Shown: piece after piece, positions 17,913-26,784 of the stretch
How positions within the stretch are numbered: position 1 is the stretch's first letter
Layout of the letters: each line of letters starts with the position of its first letter
Origin: Mycolicibacterium smegmatis
GTDB taxonomy: Bacteria > Actinomycetota > Actinomycetes > Mycobacteriales > Mycobacteriaceae
Length of the DNA: 32,000 nucleotides
Direction of reading: 5' to 3'
Assembly: GCF_001457595.1 (NCBI RefSeq)
Contig: NZ_LN831039.1
Location: forward strand, 6,600,001-6,632,000
Program-made: the position numbers and the translations under genes
The notes under the pieces: generated by a model
Database searches by the model: none
Told to the model about the DNA's origin: nothing
Seen by the model: the letters and a program-made list of their open reading frames with translations, nothing else

Positions 17913-17960
17913 TTACTTTACGATCGACCAGTAATCTACTTTACGATCGTAAAGTAGATT
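17913..17960. promoter_or_regulatory. Tandem palindromic operators, likely TetR-family binding sites in a divergent promoter
   Basis: Perfect 28-bp palindrome AATCTACTTTACGATCGTAAAGTAGATT (17933-17960) and imperfect TTACTTTACGATCGACCAGTAA (17913-17934), centres 23 bp apart, both centred on CGATCG. Confidence 0.8.
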
Positions 17961-17987
17961 GCGCGCGGATGAACGGGAGGACCGGCA

Positions 17988-18563
17988 GTGGACACGAGCA
18001 CCGCCAATGCCGCCGCCACCCGTGTGCGCCTTGTCGACGCGGCCGTACGGCTGATCACCCGGCACGGCTTCGCGGGCACATCCCTGCAGATGATCGCCGA
18101 TGAACTGGGCTTCACGAAGGCCGCGATCTACTACCACTTCCGCACCCGCGAGCAGCTTCTCGGCGCGGTCGTCGAGCCGTTCCTGAGCGAATTGCAGACC
18201 GTGATCGACGACGCCGAACGCCTGCGCGGCGTGCACGCCCGCGCCGATCGCATGGTGCGCGGCTATGCCGGGTTGGCCGTACGCAACCGCGCACTCGTGT
18301 CGGTGCTGGCGGGTGATCCGAGCGTGAACGAGGCATTGAAGACCCGTCCGGAGTGGGCGGCCCTGATCGATCGGCAGATGCGTCTGCTCACCGACGTCGC
18401 CCCCGGCCCGGCAGGCAGGGTCAAGGCGATGATGGTCTTCTCCGGGATGTCGGCCGCCGCCGGACCGGCGTCGGACGACATTCCCGTCGAGGAGCTGTAC
18501 GCGCATCTGGTCGACACGAGCCGCCGCGCCCTCGGCCTGCGCGCGCCGCGTGAAAAAGCCTGA
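17988..18563 (+). CDS. TetR/AcrR-family transcriptional regulator
   Basis: HTH: RVRLVDAAVRLITRHGFAGTSLQMIADELGFTKAAIYYHFRTREQLLGAVV. Confidence 0.92.
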   Translation: MDTSTANAAATRVRLVDAAVRLITRHGFAGTSLQMIADELGFTKAAIYYHFRTREQLLGAVVEPFLSELQTVIDDAERLRGVHARADRMVRGYAGLAVRNRALVSVLAGDPSVNEALKTRPEWAALIDRQMRLLTDVAPGPAGRVKAMMVFSGMSAAAGPASDDIPVEELYAHLVDTSRRALGLRAPREKA

Positions 18564-18590
18564 TCTGCAAGACGTTACGAAAGGAAGTAC

Positions 18591-19298
18591 ATGACGGCCA
18601 AGACGGCACTGGTCACCGGGGGCGCCTCCGGGATCGGCAAGGCGATCGCCGAGCGACTGGCCTCCGACGGTCACCAGGTCGCGATCCTGGACCTCAACCC
18701 CGGCGACGGCCCCCATGCCTACACCGCCGACGTCACCGACCGCGCCCAGGTCGACGGCGTGTTCAAGGCCGTCCGTGAAGAACTCGGGCCGGTCAGCATC
18801 CTGGTCAACGCCGCCGGCCTCAGCGATTTCACGCCGTTCACCGACATCTCGTTCGACCACTGGCAGCGCGTCGTGAACGTCAACCTGCACGGCGTCTTCC
18901 ACGTCGTGCAGGCCGCGCTGCCGGACATGGTCGCCGCCGGATGGGGCCGCATCGTCAACATCTCGTCGTCCAGCACGCATTCGGGTGTGCCCTACATGAG
19001 CTCGTACGTATCGGCGAAGTCCGCCGTGAACGGGCTCACCAAATCACTGGCGCTCGAATTCGGGCCGGCAGGCATCACGGTCAACGCGGTGCCACCGGGG
19101 TTCATCGACACGCCGATGCTGCGCGCCGCCGAGGCGCGGGGCGAACTCGGCGACATCGACGACACCATCGCCGCCACCCCCGTTCGGCGTATGGGCAGAC
19201 CCGAGGACATCGCGGCGACCTGCTCGTTTCTGATCTCCGAAGAAGCCGGCTACATCACCGGCCAGATCATCGGCGTCAACGGCGGCCGAAACACCTGA
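18591..19298 (+). CDS. Short-chain dehydrogenase/reductase (SDR) family oxidoreductase
   Basis: TGGASGIGKAIA, NAAG, SSSSTHSGVPYMSSYVSAKSAV (S...YxxxK). Confidence 0.93.
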   Translation: MTAKTALVTGGASGIGKAIAERLASDGHQVAILDLNPGDGPHAYTADVTDRAQVDGVFKAVREELGPVSILVNAAGLSDFTPFTDISFDHWQRVVNVNLHGVFHVVQAALPDMVAAGWGRIVNISSSSTHSGVPYMSSYVSAKSAVNGLTKSLALEFGPAGITVNAVPPGFIDTPMLRAAEARGELGDIDDTIAATPVRRMGRPEDIAATCSFLISEEAGYITGQIIGVNGGRNT

Positions 19299-19466
19299 GG
19301 CACAACGCCGCACGCGCAACAATGAGAAGTGTGACCGGGCTCTCGCAACATAGGTGATTTGATGTTCGCCGCAGTAACGCCGATTTGTTGCGGTGACCAT
19401 CGGTCATCTGGAAAGGTTTGCTAGGCTCACGTTTTTCGCTGCGTCAATAAATCGGGGGTTGGTCAG

Positions 19467-20708
19467 GTGGCCTCATCCGCGGCGTTGCAGGATCGCCTCG
19501 GCCAGCGGTTCAAGCACTGGCGTTACGACCCGCCGTACAAGACCGCATGCGCGGGCATGGTGATTCTCGTCGTCACGGTGCTGGTGCTGACCTGGATGCA
19601 GTTCCGCGGTGATTTCGAGGACAAGGCCGAGATCACGCTGTTCGCAAGCCGATCCGGGTTGTCGATGGACCCCGGTTCGAAGGTCACGTTCAACGGTGTG
19701 CCGATCGGCCGCCTCAAGGGCGTCGACGTGGTCGAGGTCGACGACAATCCCGAGGCCAGGCTGACGCTCGACATCGATCCGAAGTACCTCGACCTGATCC
19801 CGGCGAACGCGGTCGCCGAGCTGCGCGCGACGACGGTGTTCGGCAACAAGTACGTCTCGTTCACCGCGCCCGAGCATCCGTCGGCCGAACGCCTCTCGGC
19901 GTCCACACCCATCCGGGCGCAGGGCGTGACCACGGAGTTCAACACGCTGTTCGAGACCATCACCGCGATCTCCGAGCAGGTCGACCCGATCAAGCTCAAC
20001 GAGACCCTGACCGCTGCCGCACAAGCCCTCGACGGCCTGGGCGACAAGTTCGGCCGCTCGATCGTCGACGGCAACGCGATCCTGGCCGACGTCAATCCGC
20101 GCATGCCGCAGATCCGTCGCGACATCACGGGTCTGGCGAACCTCGGCGAGGTCTACGCCGACGCGGCCCCGGATCTGTTCGACGGTCTGGACAACGCCGT
20201 GACCACCGCACGCACCCTCAACGACCAGCGCCACGATCTCGATCAGGCGCTGGTGGCGGCGGTCGGGTTCGGCAACACCGGCGGCGACATCTTCGAGCGC
20301 GGCGGCCCGTACCTGGTGCGCGGAAATCAGGACCTGCTGCCGGTCTCGGAGATGTTCGACCGCAACAGCCCCGCGCTGTACTGCACGATCAAGAACTACC
20401 ACGACGCTGCGCCCAAGTTCGCCGCGCAGACCAACAACGGCTACTCGTTCCAGCTGAACGACACGTTCGTCGGCGCGGGGAACCCGTACGTGTATCCGGA
20501 CAACCTGCCGCGCGTGAACGCCAGGGGCGGCCCCGAGGGCCGGCCCGGCTGCTGGCAGCCCATCACCCATGATCTGTGGCCCGCGCCGTATCTGGTGCTC
20601 GACACCGGCGCGTCGATCGCGCCGTACAACCACTTCGAACTGGGCCAGCCGATGTTCATCGAGTACGTGTGGGGCCGCCAGGTCGGCGAGAACACCATCA
20701 ACCCGTGA
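19467..20708 (+). CDS. MCE-family protein (orphan, MceA-like)
   Basis: N-terminal TM followed by MCE domain ITLFASRSGLSMDPGSKVTFNGVPIGRLKGVDVV; no YrbE or other Mce genes adjacent. Confidence 0.88.
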   Translation: MASSAALQDRLGQRFKHWRYDPPYKTACAGMVILVVTVLVLTWMQFRGDFEDKAEITLFASRSGLSMDPGSKVTFNGVPIGRLKGVDVVEVDDNPEARLTLDIDPKYLDLIPANAVAELRATTVFGNKYVSFTAPEHPSAERLSASTPIRAQGVTTEFNTLFETITAISEQVDPIKLNETLTAAAQALDGLGDKFGRSIVDGNAILADVNPRMPQIRRDITGLANLGEVYADAAPDLFDGLDNAVTTARTLNDQRHDLDQALVAAVGFGNTGGDIFERGGPYLVRGNQDLLPVSEMFDRNSPALYCTIKNYHDAAPKFAAQTNNGYSFQLNDTFVGAGNPYVYPDNLPRVNARGGPEGRPGCWQPITHDLWPAPYLVLDTGASIAPYNHFELGQPMFIEYVWGRQVGENTINP

Positions 20709-21597
20709 CGGTCTTGGCTTCCATCTCGGCTTCGAGCGTCTCCTCGTAGGCGCCCTCGTCGCGGCCCAGGGCGATGGTCGCCGCGATCATCGCGGCGATC
20801 GCCAGCGTCAGGGCGACGGGTTGCCAGCCGGCGATCGACAGGTGTTCACCCAGCACGACCGAGCCGAGCAGCACCGCGACGACGGGTTCGAGCACCAGCA
20901 TCGTCGGCACCGAGGTCTGCAGCGAGCCGGCGTGGAACGCCGACTGCTGAAGCAGGGTCGCCAGGACCCCGAGCACCACGACGAGATACAGCGCGGGTGT
21001 CGTGAACGTCGCGAGCACGTCGCCGTCGGCGACCATGTGCATCACGATCTTGGTGAGCACGGCCACGACACCGAACATCACGCCCACCGCGGCGGCCAGC
21101 AGCACCGCGCGACGCCAGTTGCTGCTGCGCGTCGCGAGCACGACGCACAGGGCGACGACGGACGTGCAGACCACCGCGACGGTGACCGTGGTCGACACCG
21201 AAACCGAATAGGTCCCCGTGCTGGTACGGGCCAGCAGCACGAACACGGTCAGCGCGCCCGTGAGCAACAGCGCCCACATCCAGTCGGCGCGACTCACCGT
21301 GCGGTGCGCCAGGCGCGCGCTCAACGGCAATGCGAACAACAGCGCCGACACCAGGACCGGTTGCACCAGCAGCAGGGAGCCGAATCCGAGCGCGAGTGCC
21401 TGGAACCCGTATCCCATGACGGCCGAGATGGTGCCTGCCCACCACAGCTTGCGCCGCAGCAGCGTCCGCAGCATCACGGTGCTCACGCCTTTCCCGGCGG
21501 GAACGTCCAGCGTCGCGCGTTGGCGCACCACGATGCCGACGGCCATGAAGATCGCTGCACACAGAGCGAGAAGCACCGCGATGCTGTTGCCGAGCAC
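20698..21597 (-). CDS. DMT/EamA-like multi-spanning membrane transporter
   Basis: ~10 hydrophobic segments with DMT-like layout, VPTMLVLEPVVAVLLGSVVLGEHLS. Confidence 0.8.
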   Translation of the reverse strand: MLGNSIAVLLALCAAIFMAVGIVVRQRATLDVPAGKGVSTVMLRTLLRRKLWWAGTISAVMGYGFQALALGFGSLLLVQPVLVSALLFALPLSARLAHRTVSRADWMWALLLTGALTVFVLLARTSTGTYSVSVSTTVTVAVVCTSVVALCVVLATRSSNWRRAVLLAAAVGVMFGVVAVLTKIVMHMVADGDVLATFTTPALYLVVVLGVLATLLQQSAFHAGSLQTSVPTMLVLEPVVAVLLGSVVLGEHLSIAGWQPVALTLAIAAMIAATIALGRDEGAYEETLEAEMEAKTVTG

Positions 21598-21630
21598 GCG
21601 CCGTCAACCCCTTCTTGTCTGGCTGATCTG

Positions 21631-21981
21631 TTACTCGCCGGACGCGGAGTCGGAGGTGTCCGGCGTCGCGGTCAGGTACTCCAGGATGCCGGTGATGTCG
21701 AGCAGCCGCTCAAGATGCGGTGGCCGACGATCGATGTGCAGCTGGATGCCCGCAGGCGAGGTCTGCCGGTGGATGTTGAGCAGGCCGGACAGGCCCGCAG
21801 AATCGCAGAAGGTCAGGTCGGCGCAGTCGAGCCGCAGATCGTCGAGGGTCTGGTTGGTCGACAGGAGCTCGCTCACGTAGTCGACCAGTTTGTTGGTGGT
21901 CATGAAGTCGAGCTCACCGGCGACGGTCACCGTCGCCGATCGGCTGCCGTTCTCGGCTGCGGTGTTCAGTGAGAGGTTCAT
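21631..21981 (-). CDS. STAS-domain anti-sigma factor antagonist
   Basis: TVAGELDFMTTNKLVDYVSELL...LRLDCADLTFCDSAGLSGLLNIHR; ATG at 21981 overlaps upstream stop. Confidence 0.88.
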   Translation of the reverse strand: MNLSLNTAAENGSRSATVTVAGELDFMTTNKLVDYVSELLSTNQTLDDLRLDCADLTFCDSAGLSGLLNIHRQTSPAGIQLHIDRRPPHLERLLDITGILEYLTATPDTSDSASGE

Positions 21982-23075
21982 CCATTGCGCCTTGCGTAGG
22001 TGGCGTGCAACATGTCGCGGGCTGCGCTGAGCATCCGCTGGGTCCTGGGGAAGTCCTGCAACTGAGCTCCGAGCAGTTCGAGGGTGGGCTGTAGCGAATC
22101 TACCGGTACACCGCGCGCGTCGAGCACCTCGGCGGTCCAGGCGATGAACCCCGTGAACAGTTCGGGGTCGTCGACGTAGAGCGCCGTGGCGAGGAAGTCG
22201 ACGATGTGCGCGACGTCGGTGCTGGTGTGTTGGCGTTGTAGTTGGGAGTAAGACGCCATGGCTGGTACCCGTTTTTCCAGCCCGGAAACCGTGTCCCGGA
22301 CCAGCTGTCCAGCGGTGGTGCTGACCATGGTGTATTCCTGGTCGGCGAGGTGGGGAAGCTCGTCGAACAGGTGGTCGCGGGGCGCGCGCCGCGTCAGGGC
22401 GAGACCGTCGGCCAGTTGCGCGGCCGCGGCCCTGGCGTCCGGTGCCCACGCGTCGGCCCCGAGCAGCCGCGCGTAGCGACCGTCGGGTCCGAATCCGGCG
22501 CCGCCCACCAGCACGGGCACCCCGGCCCCCTGGCATGCCGTGATGGCCGCGTGTGCTGTGGGCAGGCGGGTGGATATCGAGCACGACAGTGCGACCGCGT
22601 CGGGTCCGTGCTGATGCAGGTGGGCGATCAGGTGCGGCGTGGGCACCTGGGCGCCGAGGAAGTCGACGCGCCAGCCCCGCAGTCGCAGCACCTCGGCGAG
22701 CAACCGCGCCGGCAGCGCGTGCCATTCGCCGTCGGCGCAGGCCACGGCAACCCGCCCGGTGGTGGTCTGCCGTGCCACGGCCGGGTGGCGTACCAGCGCC
22801 GCGATCACGCGGTCGTTGATCGCGGTCGCGGCGTGCTCGGCGGCCACGCTCAGGCGGTTGTCGGCCCATTCCACGCCCACCCTGCGCTGCACGGCGGCGA
22901 TGACGTCGAGCAGCAGATCCTCGGCGGGCACTCCGTCCTCGAGCGCCCCGAACACCACGTCGACCGCGGCGTCCTCGTCGGCGTCGATCACCGCGTCCCA
23001 CAACCTGTCCCGCAACGACTCGACCACGGCGGGATCCGTCACGGGATCGGCCGCCGCGCCGTCACTGTGGCTCAC
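21978..23075 (-). CDS. Cobalamin (B12)-binding domain protein, putative sensor
   Basis: Helical cap (VFGALEDGVPAEDLLLDVI...VGVEWADNRLSVAAEHAAT) and Rossmann-like VAVACADGEWHALPARLLAEVLRLRGWRVDFLGAQVPTPHLI; GTG start at 23075. Confidence 0.8.
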   Translation of the reverse strand: MSHSDGAAADPVTDPAVVESLRDRLWDAVIDADEDAAVDVVFGALEDGVPAEDLLLDVIAAVQRRVGVEWADNRLSVAAEHAATAINDRVIAALVRHPAVARQTTTGRVAVACADGEWHALPARLLAEVLRLRGWRVDFLGAQVPTPHLIAHLHQHGPDAVALSCSISTRLPTAHAAITACQGAGVPVLVGGAGFGPDGRYARLLGADAWAPDARAAAAQLADGLALTRRAPRDHLFDELPHLADQEYTMVSTTAGQLVRDTVSGLEKRVPAMASYSQLQRQHTSTDVAHIVDFLATALYVDDPELFTGFIAWTAEVLDARGVPVDSLQPTLELLGAQLQDFPRTQRMLSAARDMLHATYARRNG

Positions 23076-24715
23076 CGCCGAACCTCGCTCCGCAGAACAC
23101 TTTCCGCACGGCGCCCGCGGCGGGGTGCGGTGATCGCGACCACCGCGACGTCGTCGTGACCGCGCTGCCGGATCCACTCGGCGGTCAGCATCATGATCCG
23201 CTCCACGACCGCCTCCGCGGGCAGGCCCGCGCACTCCGAAAGCGCGGCGGCGAGCCTTTCCTCGCCGAACATCTCATTGCCCATCGGGCCGCCCCTGGCC
23301 TCGGTCACGCCGTCGGTGTAGAGCAGGCACGTCTCCCCGGGTTCCAGGATCGTCTCGCACGTCGTGGCCGTGATCTCGGGGACGGCGCCGACGAGCATGC
23401 CGCGCGTACCGGCCTCTTCGACACTGCCGTCGCGACGGACGATCAACGGCGACATGTGCCCCGCGCTGGTGAGCCGCAGCGCCACGTCGTCGTCGCGGCG
23501 GGCGGCCGACGCGAGCACGACAGTGGCGAAGCGTGTGTGTGCCGCCGACAGCAGCGCGCGGTTCAGCAGCCTCAGCACACGGCCGTGGTCGTCGGCCAAC
23601 GGCGCGAGCGCCTGCAGGGTGTTGCGGATCTTTCCGGTGAGGACCGCTGCGTCCAGACCCTTTCCGCACACGTCTCCGAGTACGACGAGGGTTTCGTCGT
23701 CGGGTGTGGTCGCGGGGTGCACATCGTAGAAGTCCCCGCCGACGGTCTGGTGGTCCTCGGCCGCGCGGTAACCACCCGCGATCTCGATTCCGTGCTGGTG
23801 CGCCAGTTTCGGCGGCAGCAACTCGTCCATCAGGGTGCGTGTGATCGCCGCCTGCTCGGCGTACAGGCGTGCGGCCGACAGGGCGGCGCCCGCGCGTGCC
23901 GCGAAGAGCCGGGCGAACACCTCTTCACCGTCGTCGAACGCGGATTTGGCGCTGTGGCGCAGCAGCACCAGCGCACCGGCGGGCACGCCGTGTCCCGGTA
24001 GCGGCGTGACGACCACCGATCCGACGGTCCCGGTGAGGTCGCGCGGGATGAGCCAGTCGGGTACCGAGTTCGGGTCGATCCACCGAGACGGCACCGGCGG
24101 GAAACCGCGCAGCGCTTCGGTGAGTCCCGCCACGGTCGCCGGGTCGGCCTCGACGCTGCGGTGCTCGACCGTCCCGGCGGTGCACACCATGTCGAGGCGC
24201 GGCCCGCTCGGCGGCGCGATGACCACGGCGCCGTCGGCGAGTCTCGGGACGGCGACCCGGACGATCGCCTCCATGCAGCGGTCGGCGTTCAGCGACGCCA
24301 TGAGCACCGCCGACACCTCGTCGAGGAAGTTCGCGCGCTCGCGTTCGCGCCTCAGTTCGCGCTCGACGGCGCGCAATTCACGGCCGGCATCGGTGACAGC
24401 GCCGGCGCGGCCCGCGGGGAACAACCACCACGCCACCTCGCCTCGGGGCAACGGCGTGGGTCGCGCTGTGCAGCCGTCGGGCCCGGTCTCGGTCTGGGCG
24501 GGTCCCGCGTCGCCGTGGCGGACGTGGGCCTCCCACAACCACGGTGCGCAATCGGACAGGTGGCGACCGGTGCGCAGGCCCGGCAGCGCATCGCGTGCGG
24601 CATCGCTCGCCGACCGGATGACGCCCTCGGCGTCCGCGACGATCACCGGATGGGGAGCAGAGGTCCAGACGTCGTCGAGTGCGCCCTCGACGTCGATCGC
24701 CGCCTCTTCCCTCAT
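23072..24715 (-). CDS. PP2C/SpoIIE-family serine phosphatase with GAF-like sensor region
   Basis: VGGDFYDVHP, VLGDVCGKGLDAAVLT, LTSAGHMSPLIVR, CLLYTDGVTEAR, GHDDVAVVAI. Confidence 0.9.
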   Translation of the reverse strand: MREEAAIDVEGALDDVWTSAPHPVIVADAEGVIRSASDAARDALPGLRTGRHLSDCAPWLWEAHVRHGDAGPAQTETGPDGCTARPTPLPRGEVAWWLFPAGRAGAVTDAGRELRAVERELRRERERANFLDEVSAVLMASLNADRCMEAIVRVAVPRLADGAVVIAPPSGPRLDMVCTAGTVEHRSVEADPATVAGLTEALRGFPPVPSRWIDPNSVPDWLIPRDLTGTVGSVVVTPLPGHGVPAGALVLLRHSAKSAFDDGEEVFARLFAARAGAALSAARLYAEQAAITRTLMDELLPPKLAHQHGIEIAGGYRAAEDHQTVGGDFYDVHPATTPDDETLVVLGDVCGKGLDAAVLTGKIRNTLQALAPLADDHGRVLRLLNRALLSAAHTRFATVVLASAARRDDDVALRLTSAGHMSPLIVRRDGSVEEAGTRGMLVGAVPEITATTCETILEPGETCLLYTDGVTEARGGPMGNEMFGEERLAAALSECAGLPAEAVVERIMMLTAEWIRQRGHDDVAVVAITAPRRGRRAESVLRSEVRR

Positions 24716-24761
24716 CCAATCTCCTCACGCCCAGAACTCGCGCCCGCCTCGGGCACGAGGA

Positions 24762-25058
24762 CTAGACGACCTGCAGGTGCCGCCTGGGACGTGGTTGCAC
24801 GTCGTCCTCAGACGGTACCGGGGGATTCGGCGGTGGAGGAGCGATCTTGTCATTGACGCTGGCCACGACCGAGTCAACGCGGTTCACCGCGTTGTCACAC
24901 ATGTCGCGCACCCGACCGCTGGCGGTCTCAACGTCGTCGGCTGCACTGCGCAGGTATGCCCTGAGGTTAACCCGAAGCCGTTCACCCGCGCTGCGCGCCC
25001 GCTGCCGAACGCGGTCGTCCACCTCGATGGTGACGTACCTCGTCAACCGGAATCTCAT
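24762..25058 (-). CDS. Small hypothetical protein, possible ribbon-helix-helix-like N-terminus
   Basis: RYVTIEVDDRVRQRARSAGERLRVNLRAYLRSAADDVE followed by Pro-rich C-terminus. Confidence 0.5.
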   Translation of the reverse strand: MRFRLTRYVTIEVDDRVRQRARSAGERLRVNLRAYLRSAADDVETASGRVRDMCDNAVNRVDSVVASVNDKIAPPPPNPPVPSEDDVQPRPRRHLQVV

Positions 25059-25215
25059 GGCCGAAACCTCATAGTCCCGCTCCCATCTTCGATGCCATGG
25101 ATCACATTAACCGTGCACGGCCACGGCACAATCCTGACGTGATCGGCACCGCAGCCGCCCACGCATGACATGCAACTCACACCATGATCGCCGATGACCA
25201 GCGCGTGCCGCGCGT

Positions 25216-25923
25216 TCATTCGGTGTTGATGCCGTCCCAATCCACCAGCGTCCAGCCACCGGTGGGATTGCCCTTGACCACCGCGTGACCGGTGTTGCCG
25301 AGCGGGTGGCGCGACAGCAGGCCGAGATCGGGATTGTCGACGTTCATGGCGACCCACGTCATGATCGCGCCGGCGTGCGAGAAGGCCACGGGATCGGTGT
25401 CCTCACTGTCGTAGATCTCGCGGACGGCCTCGTCGAACCGGGCGTCGAACTCGTCGCCGTCGATCGAACCCGGAATCCGCGCGGTCCGGTCGCCCTGCAA
25501 CCACCGCGTCGGGGCCTCGTAGTAGGTGAAACCCGCGAGCGCCTCGGGTTGTCCCTCGTAGATACCTGCCTCGATCTCCCGTAGGCCCGGCAACACCGTC
25601 ACGGGTTCTCTCGACAGATCCGCGAGGGGCTGCGCGGTCTGTTGCGTGCGGATCATGGTGGACGCGTAGATCCCGTCGAACGTGTGCCCGGCGGCGAGTT
25701 TCTGCGCGGCGGTTTCGGCCTGTTCGCGTCCCAGCGCGGTGAGCGGCGGGCCGGGTGTCGAGGTGTCGATCAAACCCGAGGCGTTGCCTTCGGACTGCGC
25801 GTGGCGCACGAGCGTCAGCGTGATGATGCGCTGTGCGACGGCGTTCGGCGCGGTCAGCATCCCCGCGACCAGGGCCACCACCAATGCCGCGACGGCCGCG
25901 GTTCTTCTGGTGTGCGTTGTCAT
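25216..25923 (-). CDS. Exported histidine phosphatase family protein
   Basis: Signal peptide AAVAALVVALVAGMLTAPNAVA and TLVRHAQSEGN motif; start at MTTHTRRT. Confidence 0.88.
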   Translation of the reverse strand: MTTHTRRTAAVAALVVALVAGMLTAPNAVAQRIITLTLVRHAQSEGNASGLIDTSTPGPPLTALGREQAETAAQKLAAGHTFDGIYASTMIRTQQTAQPLADLSREPVTVLPGLREIEAGIYEGQPEALAGFTYYEAPTRWLQGDRTARIPGSIDGDEFDARFDEAVREIYDSEDTDPVAFSHAGAIMTWVAMNVDNPDLGLLSRHPLGNTGHAVVKGNPTGGWTLVDWDGINTE

Positions 25924-25924
25924 G

Positions 25925-26758
25925 TCAGCTTCCGGTCGCTCGGCGGCGGTAGTTCGACGGCGTCTCCCCACAGAACTGCGCGAAGCATCGCGTGAAGGAG
26001 CTCAGGTTCTCGAAGCCCACGGCGGTCGCGGTCGCCTGCACCGACTGGTCCTGATCGGCAAGCAGCGCCATGGCGCGCAACATCCGTGCATGCAGAAGGT
26101 ATGTGCGCCAGGACATCCCGATCGTGTCGGCGAACAGTCGCCGCAGCGTGCGTTCGGAGACCGACACCGCCCGGCTCACCTGCTCGGCGGTCACCGAGTC
26201 GAGGTGTTCCTTGGTGTAGGCCAACGCCGCCGCGACGATGGGGTTGTCGGACGTCGGCAGGCTCAGCGGCGCCTCGTGGTCGAGTGCCTCGGCGACCAGG
26301 TTGGCCAGTGTCTGGAAGAAGCCGTCGGAGATCTCGTCGCCGTCGGCCCGGTCGATGGGCCAGCGCAGGCCGTAGATCATCATCTCGCGGATCAGCGGCG
26401 ACACGGCGATGATGCGTGCGCGGGTACCGCCGTCGGGGATCATCTGCGGGTCGAACATCACCGCGACGGTCTTGACGTCCGGGTTCATCACCGCCTGGTG
26501 CTGTAGGCCCGCCGGAATCCACGCGGCCTGCTGCGGCGGCAGCAGATAGTGGGCCGCGTCGGTCTCGACCTCGACGACGCCGTGCAGCGCGTACTCGATC
26601 TGATGCACCTCGTGCGAGTGCCATCCGGTGATCAGCCCCTCGCCCTCGTAGAGGTAGCTGCCTGCCGGCGCGCGGCCACCGCGGCGCAGTTCGATGACCG
26701 GGCGGGTGAGGTTGGCCGTTTCGGTCAAACCTCTGTCCGAAAGCGCAGAGACGGTCAC
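25925..26758 (-). CDS. AraC-family transcriptional regulator (cupin + HTH)
   Basis: WHSHEVHQIEYALHG..., VSVSERTLRRLFADTIGMSWRTYLLHARMLRAMALL, VGFENLSSFTRCFAQFCGETPSNYRR. Confidence 0.92.
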   Translation of the reverse strand: MTVSALSDRGLTETANLTRPVIELRRGGRAPAGSYLYEGEGLITGWHSHEVHQIEYALHGVVEVETDAAHYLLPPQQAAWIPAGLQHQAVMNPDVKTVAVMFDPQMIPDGGTRARIIAVSPLIREMMIYGLRWPIDRADGDEISDGFFQTLANLVAEALDHEAPLSLPTSDNPIVAAALAYTKEHLDSVTAEQVSRAVSVSERTLRRLFADTIGMSWRTYLLHARMLRAMALLADQDQSVQATATAVGFENLSSFTRCFAQFCGETPSNYRRRATGS

Positions 26759-26784
26759 ACCACAAGACGGTACTACTGAGAGCT

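Noticed and set aside
20569-21972. 467-aa plus-strand ORF
   Set aside because: Antisense across the EamA-like and STAS genes; composition is His/Arg/Gln-rich shadow sequence.
21631-23001. 456-aa ORF as one protein
   Set aside because: Upstream part overlaps the B12-binding CDS out of frame; the supported gene is the 116-aa STAS protein beginning at 21981 with ATGA coupling.
23156-24001. 281-aa plus-strand ORF (and 23835..25142)
   Set aside because: Antisense to the SpoIIE phosphatase gene with its clear catalytic motifs.
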